Counted from the stretch's first letter, positions 48,644-59,056 are shown. The stretch: DNA of 64,000 bases from an uncultured delta proteobacterium (GCA_963769935.1 CAVYNY010000010.1:192001-256000); one strand, 5' to 3'. Notes: generated by a model not told the origin, from the letters alone. Made by a program: numbers and translations.

Positions 48644-51235
48644 TTATACTTTCCCGGGCAGTCGACCGGGTGCAAAGATATTATCAGGATCAAGCTCAGC
48701 CTTTATCTTGTGAATAATCTTCCAAGCTGCTTGGGGCCGCCCGAACACGTCGCTGCGCTTTCTAAAATCATCGGGAGCCTTTTCCAACAGCAAATGTCCG
48801 TCATTTTCCGAGGCGAGACTGCATATCCTGTTCCATTGCTCTTCGCTCAGCTCCTCAAGACCGGCCAGTATCCTGCCGCAGCCGGAATCTAAAAATACAT
48901 TCGACAGCGACAGATTGTCATCAAGTGTCCTGAGGAAGCCGGCACACCGGTTCAATAGAAAATCACCCCGCAGGATGAAGGATGATCGTGCCAGTTTTTC
49001 GTAAATTTCACCAAAGGCGCCCTCGTGCACCGGATAGTCGGATTGCTGCATCACCTTCAGCCGGCCTTTCTGCAGCATGCTGCTGCATTTTTCGAGCTGA
49101 TAGTCGACGGTTTGGGAAAACCCTTCAAAACCGACGACGATATTCCAGATGCTGCGGTCAGCTTCGGCTCCCGGAGGATTTCCGGGCAGGCAGGTCACAA
49201 AAACCGGCTGGCAGTTGGACTTAAGAACCTCAAGGGCCGCGGCGGTGCATGCATCCAGCGAACCTTCGGCGGTTATCGCGGCACAGCGCTGCGGCAGAGT
49301 CGATACCCGCCAGGTGGCTTGCGTGATAAAACCGAGTGTTCCGGCCGAGCCGGTGATCAGACGGGTGATATCGTAACCGGCGACATTTTTAACCACCCTG
49401 CCGCCCGCAGATATCAAATTGCCGGCACTGTTGATGAAACGCAGACCCAGCAGAAGATCGCGCGGTGCGCCGTAGAGCAGACGTTCCGGTCCGCAGGCTG
49501 CCAGTGCAACCAGCCGGCCGATGGTGGAATTTTCTTTGAAAAAGGGCGGTCGAATCGGCAGCCACTGCTTGTGCTCCTGTAATTTTTCCTGCAGCGCTTT
49601 TAAAGTCATGCCCGTCCCTGTGGTAATCACCTGATTGGGCGGATCATACTCGATGACATCTGACAGGGAAGCACTTGCAAGATGCAGGGCATCGGGGGCC
49701 GACAGATTGCCGTATTGACTGTAGGTTCCGCCGCCCACGGGAATCACCTTCTGTCTCCGGGAGGCTGCGCTCTTGATCTGGGCCACAATTTCGGCGTCGG
49801 CGCCGTTGCCGGAAACGCCGCGGACCGCTTCTTCTTTATCGTCTTCTTTGGGCGGGGGAATCACCTTGCCGGGGTTGAGAATATTTGAGGGATCGAACGC
49901 ACGTTTCAATGCGCGCTGAACCATGAAATCATTTTCCGAAAAAACCATGCGCATGGCTTCCCGTTTCTCCAGCCCGATTCCGTGCTCACCGGATATGGTA
50001 CCACCCAGATCCACACAGGCTTGCATAATTTCCCAGCCGGCTTTTTCGACCCGGTGCAGCTGATCCTTGTCTCTGGAATCAAACAGCAGCAGCGGATGCA
50101 GATTGCCGTCGCCGGCATGAAAGACATTGCCGTGTTGACAGCCGTATTTTTTGGTAATCTCGGCCACCTTGGCCAGAGCCTCCGGCAATTTCGTGCGGGG
50201 CACGGTGGCATCGTTGACCAGATAATTCGGCGCCAGGCGGGCAACGGCACCGAAAGCACCTCGTCTGCCCTGCCATAGCCGGTTGCGCTCCGCATTGTCC
50301 TTGGCTTCCTGGATGTTGCGGCAATTGGTTTGCATGCAGATTTCCTGGATGCGCAGCGCCTGTTCCTTCAGGCCGGCTGCCGGACCTTCCACTTCAATGA
50401 TCAGAACGGCAGCGGCATCCCGCGGATAGCCGCAGGCATAGCTGTCCTCCACAGCTTTTATAATTGTGGCGTCCATCATTTCCAGCGTGTTGGGCAGGAT
50501 GCCGGCGGAAATGATGCCGGATACGGATTTTGCTGCATCGGCAATCGATTCGTAGATTGCCAGCATCGTGATGACCTTCTCTGCTTGGGGCAAAATGCGC
50601 ACTGTGATCTCCGTGACGATAGCCAGGGTGCCCTCGCTGCCGACCATGGCGCCGCGCAAATCCAGACCCGGCGGGTCAAGCGCGGCACCACCGATTCGCA
50701 TAATTTCACCATCCGACAGGATCATTTCCATTCCCAGGATATGATTGGTGGTTACCCCGTATTTCAGACAGCGCGGGCCACCCGAATTTTCACCGATGTT
50801 TCCGCCAATGGTCGAGACTTTCTGACTGGCGGGATCCGGTGCATAAAAATACCCCAAGGCTGCTGTAGCATCCTGCAGTTCCAGGTTGGTCACCGCCGGT
50901 TGAACCACCGCATAGCGGCTTTCGGGATAGATCCCCAGAATTCGATTCAGACGGGAAAGACAGATGATCAATCCCTGATCAGCCATAATCGTGCCGCCCG
51001 ATAGGTTGGTTCCAAATCCGCGGGGCACAAAGGCGACGGCTGCCCGGCGTGCGGCCCGCACGATCCGGGCGACCTGATCGCCATTGGCGGGAAAAACCAC
51101 AACACCGGGTTTTCCTTTGGCCAAAGAAGCATCATAAGAGTATAGTTCAGAGATAGTTCGAGACTTCGAAACCTGCTCTTTGCCGACAATGCTTTCCATC
51201 TCACGAATAAAAGTATCCGATATCATTTGGCTCAC
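48644..51235 (-). CDS. glcD: FAD-linked oxidoreductase, GlcD-GlcE fusion
   Basis: First half has APDPASQ, GGPRCLKYGVT, FHAGDGNLHP, SGEHGIG and LNPGK. Second half has YGAPRDLLLG, GGRVVKNVAGYD and DPDNIFAPGR. Confidence 0.87.
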   Translation of the reverse strand: MSQMISDTFIREMESIVGKEQVSKSRTISELYSYDASLAKGKPGVVVFPANGDQVARIVRAARRAAVAFVPRGFGTNLSGGTIMADQGLIICLSRLNRILGIYPESRYAVVQPAVTNLELQDATAALGYFYAPDPASQKVSTIGGNIGENSGGPRCLKYGVTTNHILGMEMILSDGEIMRIGGAALDPPGLDLRGAMVGSEGTLAIVTEITVRILPQAEKVITMLAIYESIADAAKSVSGIISAGILPNTLEMMDATIIKAVEDSYACGYPRDAAAVLIIEVEGPAAGLKEQALRIQEICMQTNCRNIQEAKDNAERNRLWQGRRGAFGAVARLAPNYLVNDATVPRTKLPEALAKVAEITKKYGCQHGNVFHAGDGNLHPLLLFDSRDKDQLHRVEKAGWEIMQACVDLGGTISGEHGIGLEKREAMRMVFSENDFMVQRALKRAFDPSNILNPGKVIPPPKEDDKEEAVRGVSGNGADAEIVAQIKSAASRRQKVIPVGGGTYSQYGNLSAPDALHLASASLSDVIEYDPPNQVITTGTGMTLKALQEKLQEHKQWLPIRPPFFKENSTIGRLVALAACGPERLLYGAPRDLLLGLRFINSAGNLISAGGRVVKNVAGYDITRLITGSAGTLGFITQATWRVSTLPQRCAAITAEGSLDACTAAALEVLKSNCQPVFVTCLPGNPPGAEADRSIWNIVVGFEGFSQTVDYQLEKCSSMLQKGRLKVMQQSDYPVHEGAFGEIYEKLARSSFILRGDFLLNRCAGFLRTLDDNLSLSNVFLDSGCGRILAGLEELSEEQWNRICSLASENDGHLLLEKAPDDFRKRSDVFGRPQAAWKIIHKIKAELDPDNIFAPGRLPGKV

Positions 51236-51260
51236 TCGGTTTTATTTTTGTTTGTTCGAA

Positions 51261-51953
51261 TCAGGGTTTCACCCACCTGACAGCCAGAAAGGCGCCTGTC
51301 GCCAGGTTTCTTTTTTGCCCTGCCAGTTCAATTTCAGAAGCCCGACCGGGATCTTCGTCCTTTTGAAAATGGATCGCCGTCTTCACCTCGGCAGCGGCGC
51401 ACGCAAGGGCCCGCATATCATCCGGTGACCTGAAAATCATTTTCTGAAACAGGCGATGACCTTCTTTAGCTTTGTGCTTCCGGCGGGTGGCCCAGGGACT
51501 CAGGCTGTTTAAGGTTGTAACAACGATGGTGCCGCGCTTTTTGGTCACGCGAAATAATTCCCCGACAGCAGCCTGTCCGTCCTCGATAAACTCCAGGGCG
51601 GTCATCGAAAAGACCCTGTCAAAGCATTCCCCGGCAAAAGGCAGGGATATCATATCACCGGCAACGGCCTGGAAAGCATATCCCTTGGCCTTTTGATTGG
51701 CCCGCCGCAGCATCGGACTTGATATATCGAGTCCTATAACACGCGGTCCGCAGGAAAGGATATCGCCGGTAAACACCCCGGTTCCACAACCGACGTCCAG
51801 TATCACCTCTCCGCCCCCTGGCTTCAAAAAATCGAGGAGAAGCTCGCTTTCGTATCTCCTCACCAGGGCCCCGACCGGTGTTTCAAACCACTTATCATAT
51901 CGGTCGGGCCATTCGTCGAAAAGTCTTCCCGGGGTGTCAAGCTGAACAGACAT
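51261..51953 (-). CDS. Class I SAM-dependent methyltransferase (type 11)
   Basis: ILDVGCGTG, GLDIS..ML, LPFA..CFD. Confidence 0.88.
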   Translation of the reverse strand: MSVQLDTPGRLFDEWPDRYDKWFETPVGALVRRYESELLLDFLKPGGGEVILDVGCGTGVFTGDILSCGPRVIGLDISSPMLRRANQKAKGYAFQAVAGDMISLPFAGECFDRVFSMTALEFIEDGQAAVGELFRVTKKRGTIVVTTLNSLSPWATRRKHKAKEGHRLFQKMIFRSPDDMRALACAAAEVKTAIHFQKDEDPGRASEIELAGQKRNLATGAFLAVRWVKP

Positions 51954-52051
51954 ACAATTCTGCCATCCTGCCTTGCTGCAATAGTTGATAAAAAACAACG
52001 ATTTTGCATGCCGTGGGCGGCTGTCTTTAATCGGCCGGATGGGCCTTGCCG

Positions 52052-52264
52052 CTATTCCATTACAATCAGAACAGCCTCTGCTTCCACTGCATCACCTTTT
52101 TTGCAGTTCACTTCTTTTACCGTACCGGAGGCCTCGGCCACTATGGGCAATTCCATTTTCATTGCCTCGATGATGACAACTTCTTCACCTTCCTGGACAC
52201 TGTCACCTACCTTTACCTTAACCTCAATAACCTTTCCTCCCATCGGCGATTTAACTTCACTCAC
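52052..52264 (-). CDS. Stand-alone biotin carboxyl carrier protein
   Basis: EAMKM biotinylation motif. GTG start with RBS. Confidence 0.92.
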   Translation of the reverse strand: MSEVKSPMGGKVIEVKVKVGDSVQEGEEVVIIEAMKMELPIVAEASGTVKEVNCKKGDAVEAEAVLIVME

Positions 52265-52397
52265 GGCTGATTCCTCCTCTATCTTTATTTGCATTTAACA
52301 GCAAAGCAATTGCGGCTGGCCGCAAATTGCCCACCCTAACACTTTACATTCTTAGAACCGGCTGATTCATGATCGAGCCAATTCAAAATTAACCTCT

Positions 52398-52877
52398 TTA
52401 GGCTTTGGCGGGCGCCCTTTTCCCTTCCATTTTTTTGACGGATCGCGAAATGATCGCGCCGGAAACGGACATGCCGACCAGAAGAACAAGAAGCACGATA
52501 AAAACGCCGAAAAATCGTAAAATAAGGGTCCCGATGATCCAGGTCCAGTTGTCCTTCGTAATCACAACCAGGGCGCCCTTCGCATCATCCTTGGAGATTG
52601 TGATGGAATGCCATTTCAGATTTCCATCATCCTCGATGTAAGTGGCATCCTTCCAATTGCGATATTTGATATCTTTAAATTGTTCCAGTGCCTTTTTATA
52701 GTACTGGAGAACCTCGTCATGGGTTTTCCCGGAGTTCAGCTCCAATCTTTCCTTGGTTTTACTGATTTGCACGGCTCCCGGGATCACCGGCGCACCTAAA
52801 AAGTCATCGGCCCGGGACCATCCGGATACAGACACAATCCAACACACAATGAGCGTTAACAATATGATCTTTTTCAT
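52398..52877 (-). CDS. OadG-like membrane subunit with an N-terminal periplasmic domain
   Basis: Signal peptide, soluble domain, then a TM GVFIVLLVL typical of decarboxylase gamma/delta chains. Lies between oadB and the biotin carrier. Confidence 0.65.
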   Translation of the reverse strand: MKKIILLTLIVCWIVSVSGWSRADDFLGAPVIPGAVQISKTKERLELNSGKTHDEVLQYYKKALEQFKDIKYRNWKDATYIEDDGNLKWHSITISKDDAKGALVVITKDNWTWIIGTLILRFFGVFIVLLVLLVGMSVSGAIISRSVKKMEGKRAPAKA

Positions 52878-52926
52878 TTTCCGTCCATTCAAATTTCGAT
52901 GAGTGGTTGAACTTTTAAAACGGCTA

Positions 52927-54072
52927 TCAATCAAACATGGCGATAAACATACCGGCTGCGGCCGCCGACCCGATAACACCGGCGAGATTGGGTCCCATGG
53001 CGTGCATCAGCAGATGGTTTGTCTTATCGTATTTCGTACCCTGAACCTGGGATACCCGGGCCGCCATGGGAACGGCGGAAACCCCGGCCGAACCGATCAA
53101 GGGGTTGATCTTTTCTTTTAAAAAGAGATTCATGATCTTCACCGTGGCAATACCGCCGACGGTGCAGACACCAAAGTCAATCAGCCCCAGACCGAAAATG
53201 AAAAGCGGTTTCCAGCTCAGGAAGTTGTCGGCACTCATGGTTGCGCCGACCGAAACCCCCAGAAAAATGGTCACGATGTTCATCAATGCGCCCTGGGCAG
53301 TCTCGGTGAGCCGGCCGACAACCCCGCTTTCCTTCATCAGGTTGCCCAGCATGAACATGCCCATCAACGGCATGACAGACGGCACCAGCAGTGCGATAAT
53401 AGCGGCCGTAACCAGGGGAAACAGTATCTTTTCCTGCCGTGAGACGGGCCGCAGCTGGCGCATTCGTATCTTGCGCTCCGCGGGGGTGGTCATCCACTTC
53501 ATGATGGCCGGTTGGATCAGCGGCACCATGGCCATGTAGGAATAGGCCGCCAGCGCATTCGGACCGAGCAGCTGCGGCGCCAGGTGCTGGGTCAGATAGA
53601 TGGTCGTCGGACCGTCGGCCCCGCCGATGATGCCCACCGACGCCGCCTCCTTGAGGGTGAAGCCGGCCAGCACGGTGCCCGTAAAGGTGACGAAAACGCC
53701 CAATTGCGCTCCGGCTCCGACGAGCAGCGTTTTGGGATTGGCTATCAGCGGACCGAAATCGGTCATGGCGCCCAACCCCAGGAAGATGACACAGGGAATC
53801 ACCTCCCATTGCAGTCCGTAGTGATAAAATATCTCCAACAGATGGCGGTTGCCATCGGCTGATATTCCCATCATGGGCACCAAGGGAAAATTGACGATAA
53901 AAATCCCGAATCCAATGGGCAGAAGCAACAGGGGTTCAAATTTTTTGGCGATGGCCAAATAGATGAAAAACGAGGCAACCCCCCACATGATGATGACGTT
54001 CCAGTGGAAATTGAACACTCCGGTAGTATAGAGGATACCCCTCAGCATATCCAAAATTTCATTCGCAGTCAT
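52927..54072 (-). CDS. oadB: Sodium-translocating decarboxylase beta subunit
   Basis: FEPLLLLPIGFG, GAMTDFGPL, IIGGADGPT, AYSYMA, GVSAVPMAAR, HAMGPN. Confidence 0.95.
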   Translation of the reverse strand: MTANEILDMLRGILYTTGVFNFHWNVIIMWGVASFFIYLAIAKKFEPLLLLPIGFGIFIVNFPLVPMMGISADGNRHLLEIFYHYGLQWEVIPCVIFLGLGAMTDFGPLIANPKTLLVGAGAQLGVFVTFTGTVLAGFTLKEAASVGIIGGADGPTTIYLTQHLAPQLLGPNALAAYSYMAMVPLIQPAIMKWMTTPAERKIRMRQLRPVSRQEKILFPLVTAAIIALLVPSVMPLMGMFMLGNLMKESGVVGRLTETAQGALMNIVTIFLGVSVGATMSADNFLSWKPLFIFGLGLIDFGVCTVGGIATVKIMNLFLKEKINPLIGSAGVSAVPMAARVSQVQGTKYDKTNHLLMHAMGPNLAGVIGSAAAAGMFIAMFD

Positions 54073-54087
54073 TTCGCAACCATCTCC

Positions 54088-55584
54088 TTATTGCATTGTC
54101 ATGCACGCCTGTTCGATAGCGGCTGCCATCGCCGCATCCTCTTTACGGATGTCTTCCAGGGTTTTGGGTTTAACCGCCTGCGGCCTTTCTTCCAGGCCAT
54201 ATTTCCACTTAAGGTACTGCTCGCCGGTGCTGGGATAAAGCGCATAGATAAGCAGGTCAAAATCGTCTTTGGCCAAGTCGCCGATCTTCTTTTTATCGGC
54301 TGCCAGCTCCGGTTCCAGGTAATCGGCCGCCCGGCCCGTGACCGGTGTCTCGCCCCGTTTGTAGCCTTTTAGCACCTTTTTGCGTACTTCGGGATCCACC
54401 GGCGTGGGCGTATCGCCATATAGGCCATACACCAGGTCCTTAACCTCGTTGGTCACCATTTTATACCTGCCGAAGAGCACGTTTAGCACCGCCTGAACCC
54501 CGACAATTTGGCTGGTCGGTGTGACCAGCGGCGGGTTTCCCAGTTCTTTGCGCGTCACCGCCACTTCTTTGAAAACCTCCGGCAGCCGATCCAGGGCTTT
54601 GGCTTCTTTCATTTGGTTGACCAGATTGGAGAGCATCCCGCCCGGAACCTGATGCGCCAGAACCCCGGTGTCGATGACCGACATTTTGTGCTTGGACAAA
54701 TAATCCCGATACTTGGGAGCAACGGTTTCAATATAGTCGCCCAGTTCAAGCAGCAGGCCGAGGTCAAATCCCGGATCGCGTTTGGTCCCGTATAAAGTCG
54801 CCACAATCGGCTCGACGGCAGGCTGGGAGGTCCGCAAAGCAAAGGGCGCCAGGCAGGTGTCTACAATGTCCACTCCGGCTTTGATGGCCTCCAGATAGAT
54901 CATGGAAGCCATACCGCTGGTGTAGTGGGTATGCAGATGGATTGGAATCGTGATCTCTTTTTTCAATTCCGTTATAATTTTGGCGATATCGAACGGCGAC
55001 ATGATACCGGCCATATCCTTAAGGCAAAGCGAATCGGCTCCCATGGCCTGTATCTCTTTGGCCTTGGTCTTGTAATAGTTCAGATTGAACACCTCGCCGC
55101 CCATGCGCCTCTCGGTCAGCGAATAGCAGATGGTGCCCTGAAAATGCTTGCCATTGGCCTTGATCCGCTCCACCACGGTCTCAAAATTACGAAAATCATT
55201 GAGGGCGTCAAATACCCGAAAAACGTCTATGCCGACCTCGCTGGATTTGTCCACGAACAACCTGGCGACATCATCGGCATAATTACGATAACCCACCAGA
55301 TTTTGTCCTCTCAAAAGCATGGAAAACGGGGTCTTTTTGATATGCTGCTTCAAAGTCCGCACCCGCTCAAACGGGTCCTCGCCGAGAAACCGATGCATGG
55401 TATCAAAAGTGGCTCCGCCCCATACCTCCATGGCCCAAAATCCCACGCTGTCCATCTTCTCCGCAATGGGGAGCATATCTTCGGTCCTCATCCTTGTCGC
55501 CAGCAAGGACTGATGGCCGTCTCTAAAGGTGTTGTCTTGAATCTTAATGGGATTTTGGGGTCCCTCTTCTAAATAATCATTCAT
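54088..55584 (-). CDS. oadA: Oxaloacetate decarboxylase alpha / pyruvate carboxylase B carboxyltransferase, without a biotinyl domain
   Basis: RDGHQSLLATRM, WGGATFD, MLLRGQN, KDMAG, HLHTHYT, PPLVTPTSQIVG. No AMKM motif. Confidence 0.85.
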   Translation of the reverse strand: MNDYLEEGPQNPIKIQDNTFRDGHQSLLATRMRTEDMLPIAEKMDSVGFWAMEVWGGATFDTMHRFLGEDPFERVRTLKQHIKKTPFSMLLRGQNLVGYRNYADDVARLFVDKSSEVGIDVFRVFDALNDFRNFETVVERIKANGKHFQGTICYSLTERRMGGEVFNLNYYKTKAKEIQAMGADSLCLKDMAGIMSPFDIAKIITELKKEITIPIHLHTHYTSGMASMIYLEAIKAGVDIVDTCLAPFALRTSQPAVEPIVATLYGTKRDPGFDLGLLLELGDYIETVAPKYRDYLSKHKMSVIDTGVLAHQVPGGMLSNLVNQMKEAKALDRLPEVFKEVAVTRKELGNPPLVTPTSQIVGVQAVLNVLFGRYKMVTNEVKDLVYGLYGDTPTPVDPEVRKKVLKGYKRGETPVTGRAADYLEPELAADKKKIGDLAKDDFDLLIYALYPSTGEQYLKWKYGLEERPQAVKPKTLEDIRKEDAAMAAAIEQACMTMQ

Positions 55585-55645
55585 GGTGTAACCTCCCGTA
55601 TATTCTATTACGTATCAAAATTCTTTGAAAAAATGACGCATGCGT

Positions 55646-55933
55646 CTATTTCACCGACTTTCGCTTGGACTGGATGGTCGCGTCTTTATCTCGGCGGTCA
55701 TCCACCTTCAGGTCGATGGAAATCCTCCGGGCACCTGCATCCAGGTGGGCCTGATGCACTTTCTTTACCAGAAGGAACAAAGCGTCTAAATCCGGCACTT
55801 CAATACAGGTAGACATCCCGCCGATCTCATAATGATAACCGGACTCTTTGATGATCTCGATGCCCTTTTTGACGTAACGGCTCAAGCTGGTGCCCTCCCC
55901 GATGGGATATACCGATAGTTGTGCGAGGATCAT
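55646..55933 (-). CDS. MTH1187 / thiamine-binding family protein
   Basis: SVYPIG..TSLSRYV, GMST.IE, KVDDRRDK. Confidence 0.9.
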   Translation of the reverse strand: MILAQLSVYPIGEGTSLSRYVKKGIEIIKESGYHYEIGGMSTCIEVPDLDALFLLVKKVHQAHLDAGARRISIDLKVDDRRDKDATIQSKRKSVK

Positions 55934-56036
55934 AATTGCGCTCCCAAAATTTTATAACTTATCATGTCGATAATATTCTGTCTTTATTTAATTGCGTTTA
56001 ATTGCGAAAAAATTTATCCATTGTAGGCATTTATCT

Positions 56037-56952
56037 TTACATGCCAAACCGCATGCCTGCTTTCAGACCCGCCTGCCTGGCAAATTCATCGGCATCCAGT
56101 TTAGCGCCCTTCTCCGCCTTCTTCATCTTGCCGACTTTCAACGCCCCGCCGTTGAGGGCAACGACTACTTCACCGCCCTCGATACCGACGATCTGTCCAG
56201 GCTCACTTCTCCTGGTCCGTCTCGATCAACTGCGCTTGGTAAAATTTAACTTTCTCGCCTGCGAGGGTCGAATGTGCACCCGGCTGAGGATCGCAGCCCC
56301 GGATCAGATTGTAAACCTCCCGGGCCGGTTTTGACCAGTCAATTTCGGCATACCGGTCGTCGCAGGGCGGCTCGTAAGTGGCCAGCGCGTGATCCTGAGG
56401 TATTTTGGGGGCCTTGCCGCTTTTAATAAGATCGACTGCCTCGACAAGGGCGTCGATGCCCATCGGGAGAAGCCTGTTGAAATAAATCGATCCGGTCGTG
56501 TCATCCGGTGCAATTTCTACTTCCTTCTGCAAAAGAATGGGTCCGGTATCAATACCTTTGTCTACCCACAGAATAGTCAGCCCGGTGCGGGTGTCTCCCT
56601 GGATAATGGCCCAGTTTATGCCGCTGGCCCCGCGGTGTTTCGGCAGCAGGGAGGGATGATAGCATATGGTGCCGATGGAAGGAATTTCGAGAAGACTCTC
56701 CGGTATGATATCGGTTACGAAGGCAAGCATCACCAGATCCGGTTTTAATTCCAGGAATGCTTGCCGCACCTCGGCATCCTGCATGCGGTTGGGCTGAAAA
56801 AGAGCTTTGCCTGAATTTTCGGCCAGAGTTTTCATCGCCTGACCCCGTTTGTCGTTAGGGCAAAAGACCGCGACAATTTCTTCGCCCCTTTGGATAAGAG
56901 CATCCAATGTCTTCTCTCCAAAAGGGCCTTGGCCGACCAAAATTGTTCTCAT
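56037..56952 (-). CDS. Formyltransferase family protein (Fmt / 10-formyl-THF dehydrogenase hydrolase domain-like), frameshifted near 56207
   Basis: YHPSLLPKHRGASGINW and DKGIDTG. The C-terminus continues in another frame as EPGQIVGIEGGEVVVALNGGALKV...AGMRFGM* ending at 56037. Confidence 0.85.
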
Positions 56953-57182
56953 CGTCCACACCTGCTCTATTAATGGGTGCCGGGAGTCTTAATCGTGGCT
57001 TATTTGGTTCTCTCCGAGCCGGAGGCCGGCTTTTCAGGATCAGGTAGTAGCAAAAAGAGGCACAAAGAAATTCCTCATCTTTATGCCTCCTGATCAAAGA
57101 CTTCTGATTCCCGGAACGCATCCGACTTAAGCGGTTTATACGGTCCACCAGAAACCTGACAGGTTGACAGCCTGCACCTGTA

Positions 57183-58079
57183 TTACTTTGCCTTGGATTC
57201 TGCTGCTTTAATTTCCGCCATGGTTCGCAGAATCTGCAGGGCATTCTCATAAACCGGGGTATCCACCATTTTACCTTTGTAGGAAACCGCGGCGGACCCC
57301 TTGGCGATACCCTCCTCTTCAAAAACCTTCTTGACCCCCTCGGCCCACTCGACATCGGCGGCGGAAGGGGTGTAGATCTCATGGGAAGGTCCAATCTGGC
57401 TGGGGTGAATCAGCATCCGGCCTTCGTAGCCCATCTGACGGCCTTCGCGGGTGCTCTTTTTGAATGCCTCCACGTCACTGATGTTCACAAAGGGACAATC
57501 AATGGCCACACACCCGGCCGCGCGGGCGGCAACAGCCGTGTGGTATCTGGCGTACAGCTGCTCCTGACCTTCCGAGGTGAGGGTCACACGCATATCCTTG
57601 GTATAATCCACCGCCCCGAATATAAGGGAGTTGACCCGCGGACTGGCACTGGCAGCAGGGTAAGCGTTCATCACACCTTTGGCGGTTTCAATCAGCAACT
57701 GGATGCCCACACTGCCTACCTTCATGCCTCTTCTCTGCTCCAGTTCCTCCAGCTTCCAGTCCAGACGTTTGACATTATCGGCGCTACCGCATTTTGCCAG
57801 ACATACTCCGTCAAGGCCGGGATGCACAATGGCTTCCAGGTCATCGTTGGTCATCTGGGTTTCCCAGTTGTTAACCCGAACATAAAGGGAAGGGGCCAGC
57901 TGTTTTCCCCGGCTGGCTTTCAGATACTCTTGTACCATGACCCGGCCTCTGGGCTTTTCCGCCGGCGGTACCGAATCCTCCAAATCCAAGGTCAGAATAT
58001 CACACACGATTTCCGGGGCCTTGCCGACCATCTTCTCATTGTTGCTGGGTGTGTAAAACACCGATCTCATAACTGGCAT
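57183..58079 (-). CDS. CoA-ester lyase, CitE / malyl-CoA lyase (HpcH/HpaI) family
   Basis: RSVFYTP, LDLEDSV, VRVN, LIETAKG, FGAVDY, LIHPSQ, GKMVD.P. Confidence 0.9.
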   Translation of the reverse strand: MPVMRSVFYTPSNNEKMVGKAPEIVCDILTLDLEDSVPPAEKPRGRVMVQEYLKASRGKQLAPSLYVRVNNWETQMTNDDLEAIVHPGLDGVCLAKCGSADNVKRLDWKLEELEQRRGMKVGSVGIQLLIETAKGVMNAYPAASASPRVNSLIFGAVDYTKDMRVTLTSEGQEQLYARYHTAVAARAAGCVAIDCPFVNISDVEAFKKSTREGRQMGYEGRMLIHPSQIGPSHEIYTPSAADVEWAEGVKKVFEEEGIAKGSAAVSYKGKMVDTPVYENALQILRTMAEIKAAESKAK

Positions 58080-58147
58080 GATTGTATCCTCCTCCTTCTA
58101 GGTTGGGAAGTTTTCTATTGTAGTGAATAGCTGCCTGAATATCAACC

Positions 58148-59044
58148 CTATAGATTAATGAGCTCTTTAATTTTGGGGGCAATTTCCTCGGGACTTTCGA
58201 CGACATGCGCCTTGGCCTCGGTCAGGGCCTTGATTTTACCCTGAGCGGTGCCCCGCCCGCGCTCTACGATGCTGCTGGCATGGGAAAACCGCATTCCCTC
58301 CGGTGCCCACGCGCCCGCGATATAGACAACCAGCGGCTTGGTGAACTCACCTTTGGCAACCGTCTCGGCCGCTTCCTCTTCCAGGGTTCCGCCGATTTCA
58401 CCAAAAATAGCCACTGCTTTGGTCTGTTCATCTTTTTCGAACAGCTTGAGCACATCGGACATGGTCAGGCCTAATACCGGCTCCGTTCCGATATGCAGGG
58501 CCGTGCTGATACCAAGGCCGGCCACCTTCAGGGCCCAGGGCACCGTTCCCGACTGACCGCCGCTGCGGGAGATGACCCCGACCGGACCCGGTTCGAATAG
58601 CATGCTGGCCCAATCCACGCTGCCGCCCAGCCAACCCATGGCGGCTTTGCCGGGACTGATGATTCCGAGGCTGCCGGGGCCCAGTATTTTGCCGCCGTTT
58701 TTCATCGCATAGTGGACCATGGCAATCACATCATGAACCGGGATGCGTTCCACCGGCGACACCACAAATTTGATGCCCGCGTCGATGGCTTCGTAAACCG
58801 CACTTTTTAACGCCGGGCCGGGAATGAAAGTCACGCTGGCATCCACCATCCCTTCATTATCGATGGCTTGCTGAACCGTGTCGTACACCGGCAGACCATG
58901 CACCTCTCCGCCGCCGCGCCCCGGAGTCACGCCGGCGACCACCTTGGTTCCATATTCTTTCATAAATTGGGTCCGCAGGGATCCTTCCCTGCCGGTCATT
59001 CCCTGGACAATGACCCTGGTATTTTCATCTAACAGTATTGACAT
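58148..59044 (-). CDS. Succinate--CoA ligase alpha-like subunit (divergent)
   Basis: VQGMTGREG, GVTPGRGG, SRSGG, GEIGG. Phospho-His motif reads RFSHASS instead of MGHAGA. Confidence 0.88.
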   Translation of the reverse strand: MSILLDENTRVIVQGMTGREGSLRTQFMKEYGTKVVAGVTPGRGGGEVHGLPVYDTVQQAIDNEGMVDASVTFIPGPALKSAVYEAIDAGIKFVVSPVERIPVHDVIAMVHYAMKNGGKILGPGSLGIISPGKAAMGWLGGSVDWASMLFEPGPVGVISRSGGQSGTVPWALKVAGLGISTALHIGTEPVLGLTMSDVLKLFEKDEQTKAVAIFGEIGGTLEEEAAETVAKGEFTKPLVVYIAGAWAPEGMRFSHASSIVERGRGTAQGKIKALTEAKAHVVESPEEIAPKIKELINL

Positions 59045-59056
59045 ATCATCCCCCTG

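Noticed and set aside
56203..56205. Selenocysteine readthrough of the TGA in the formyltransferase
   Set aside because: The in-frame continuation is not homologous. The real C-terminus is in another frame.
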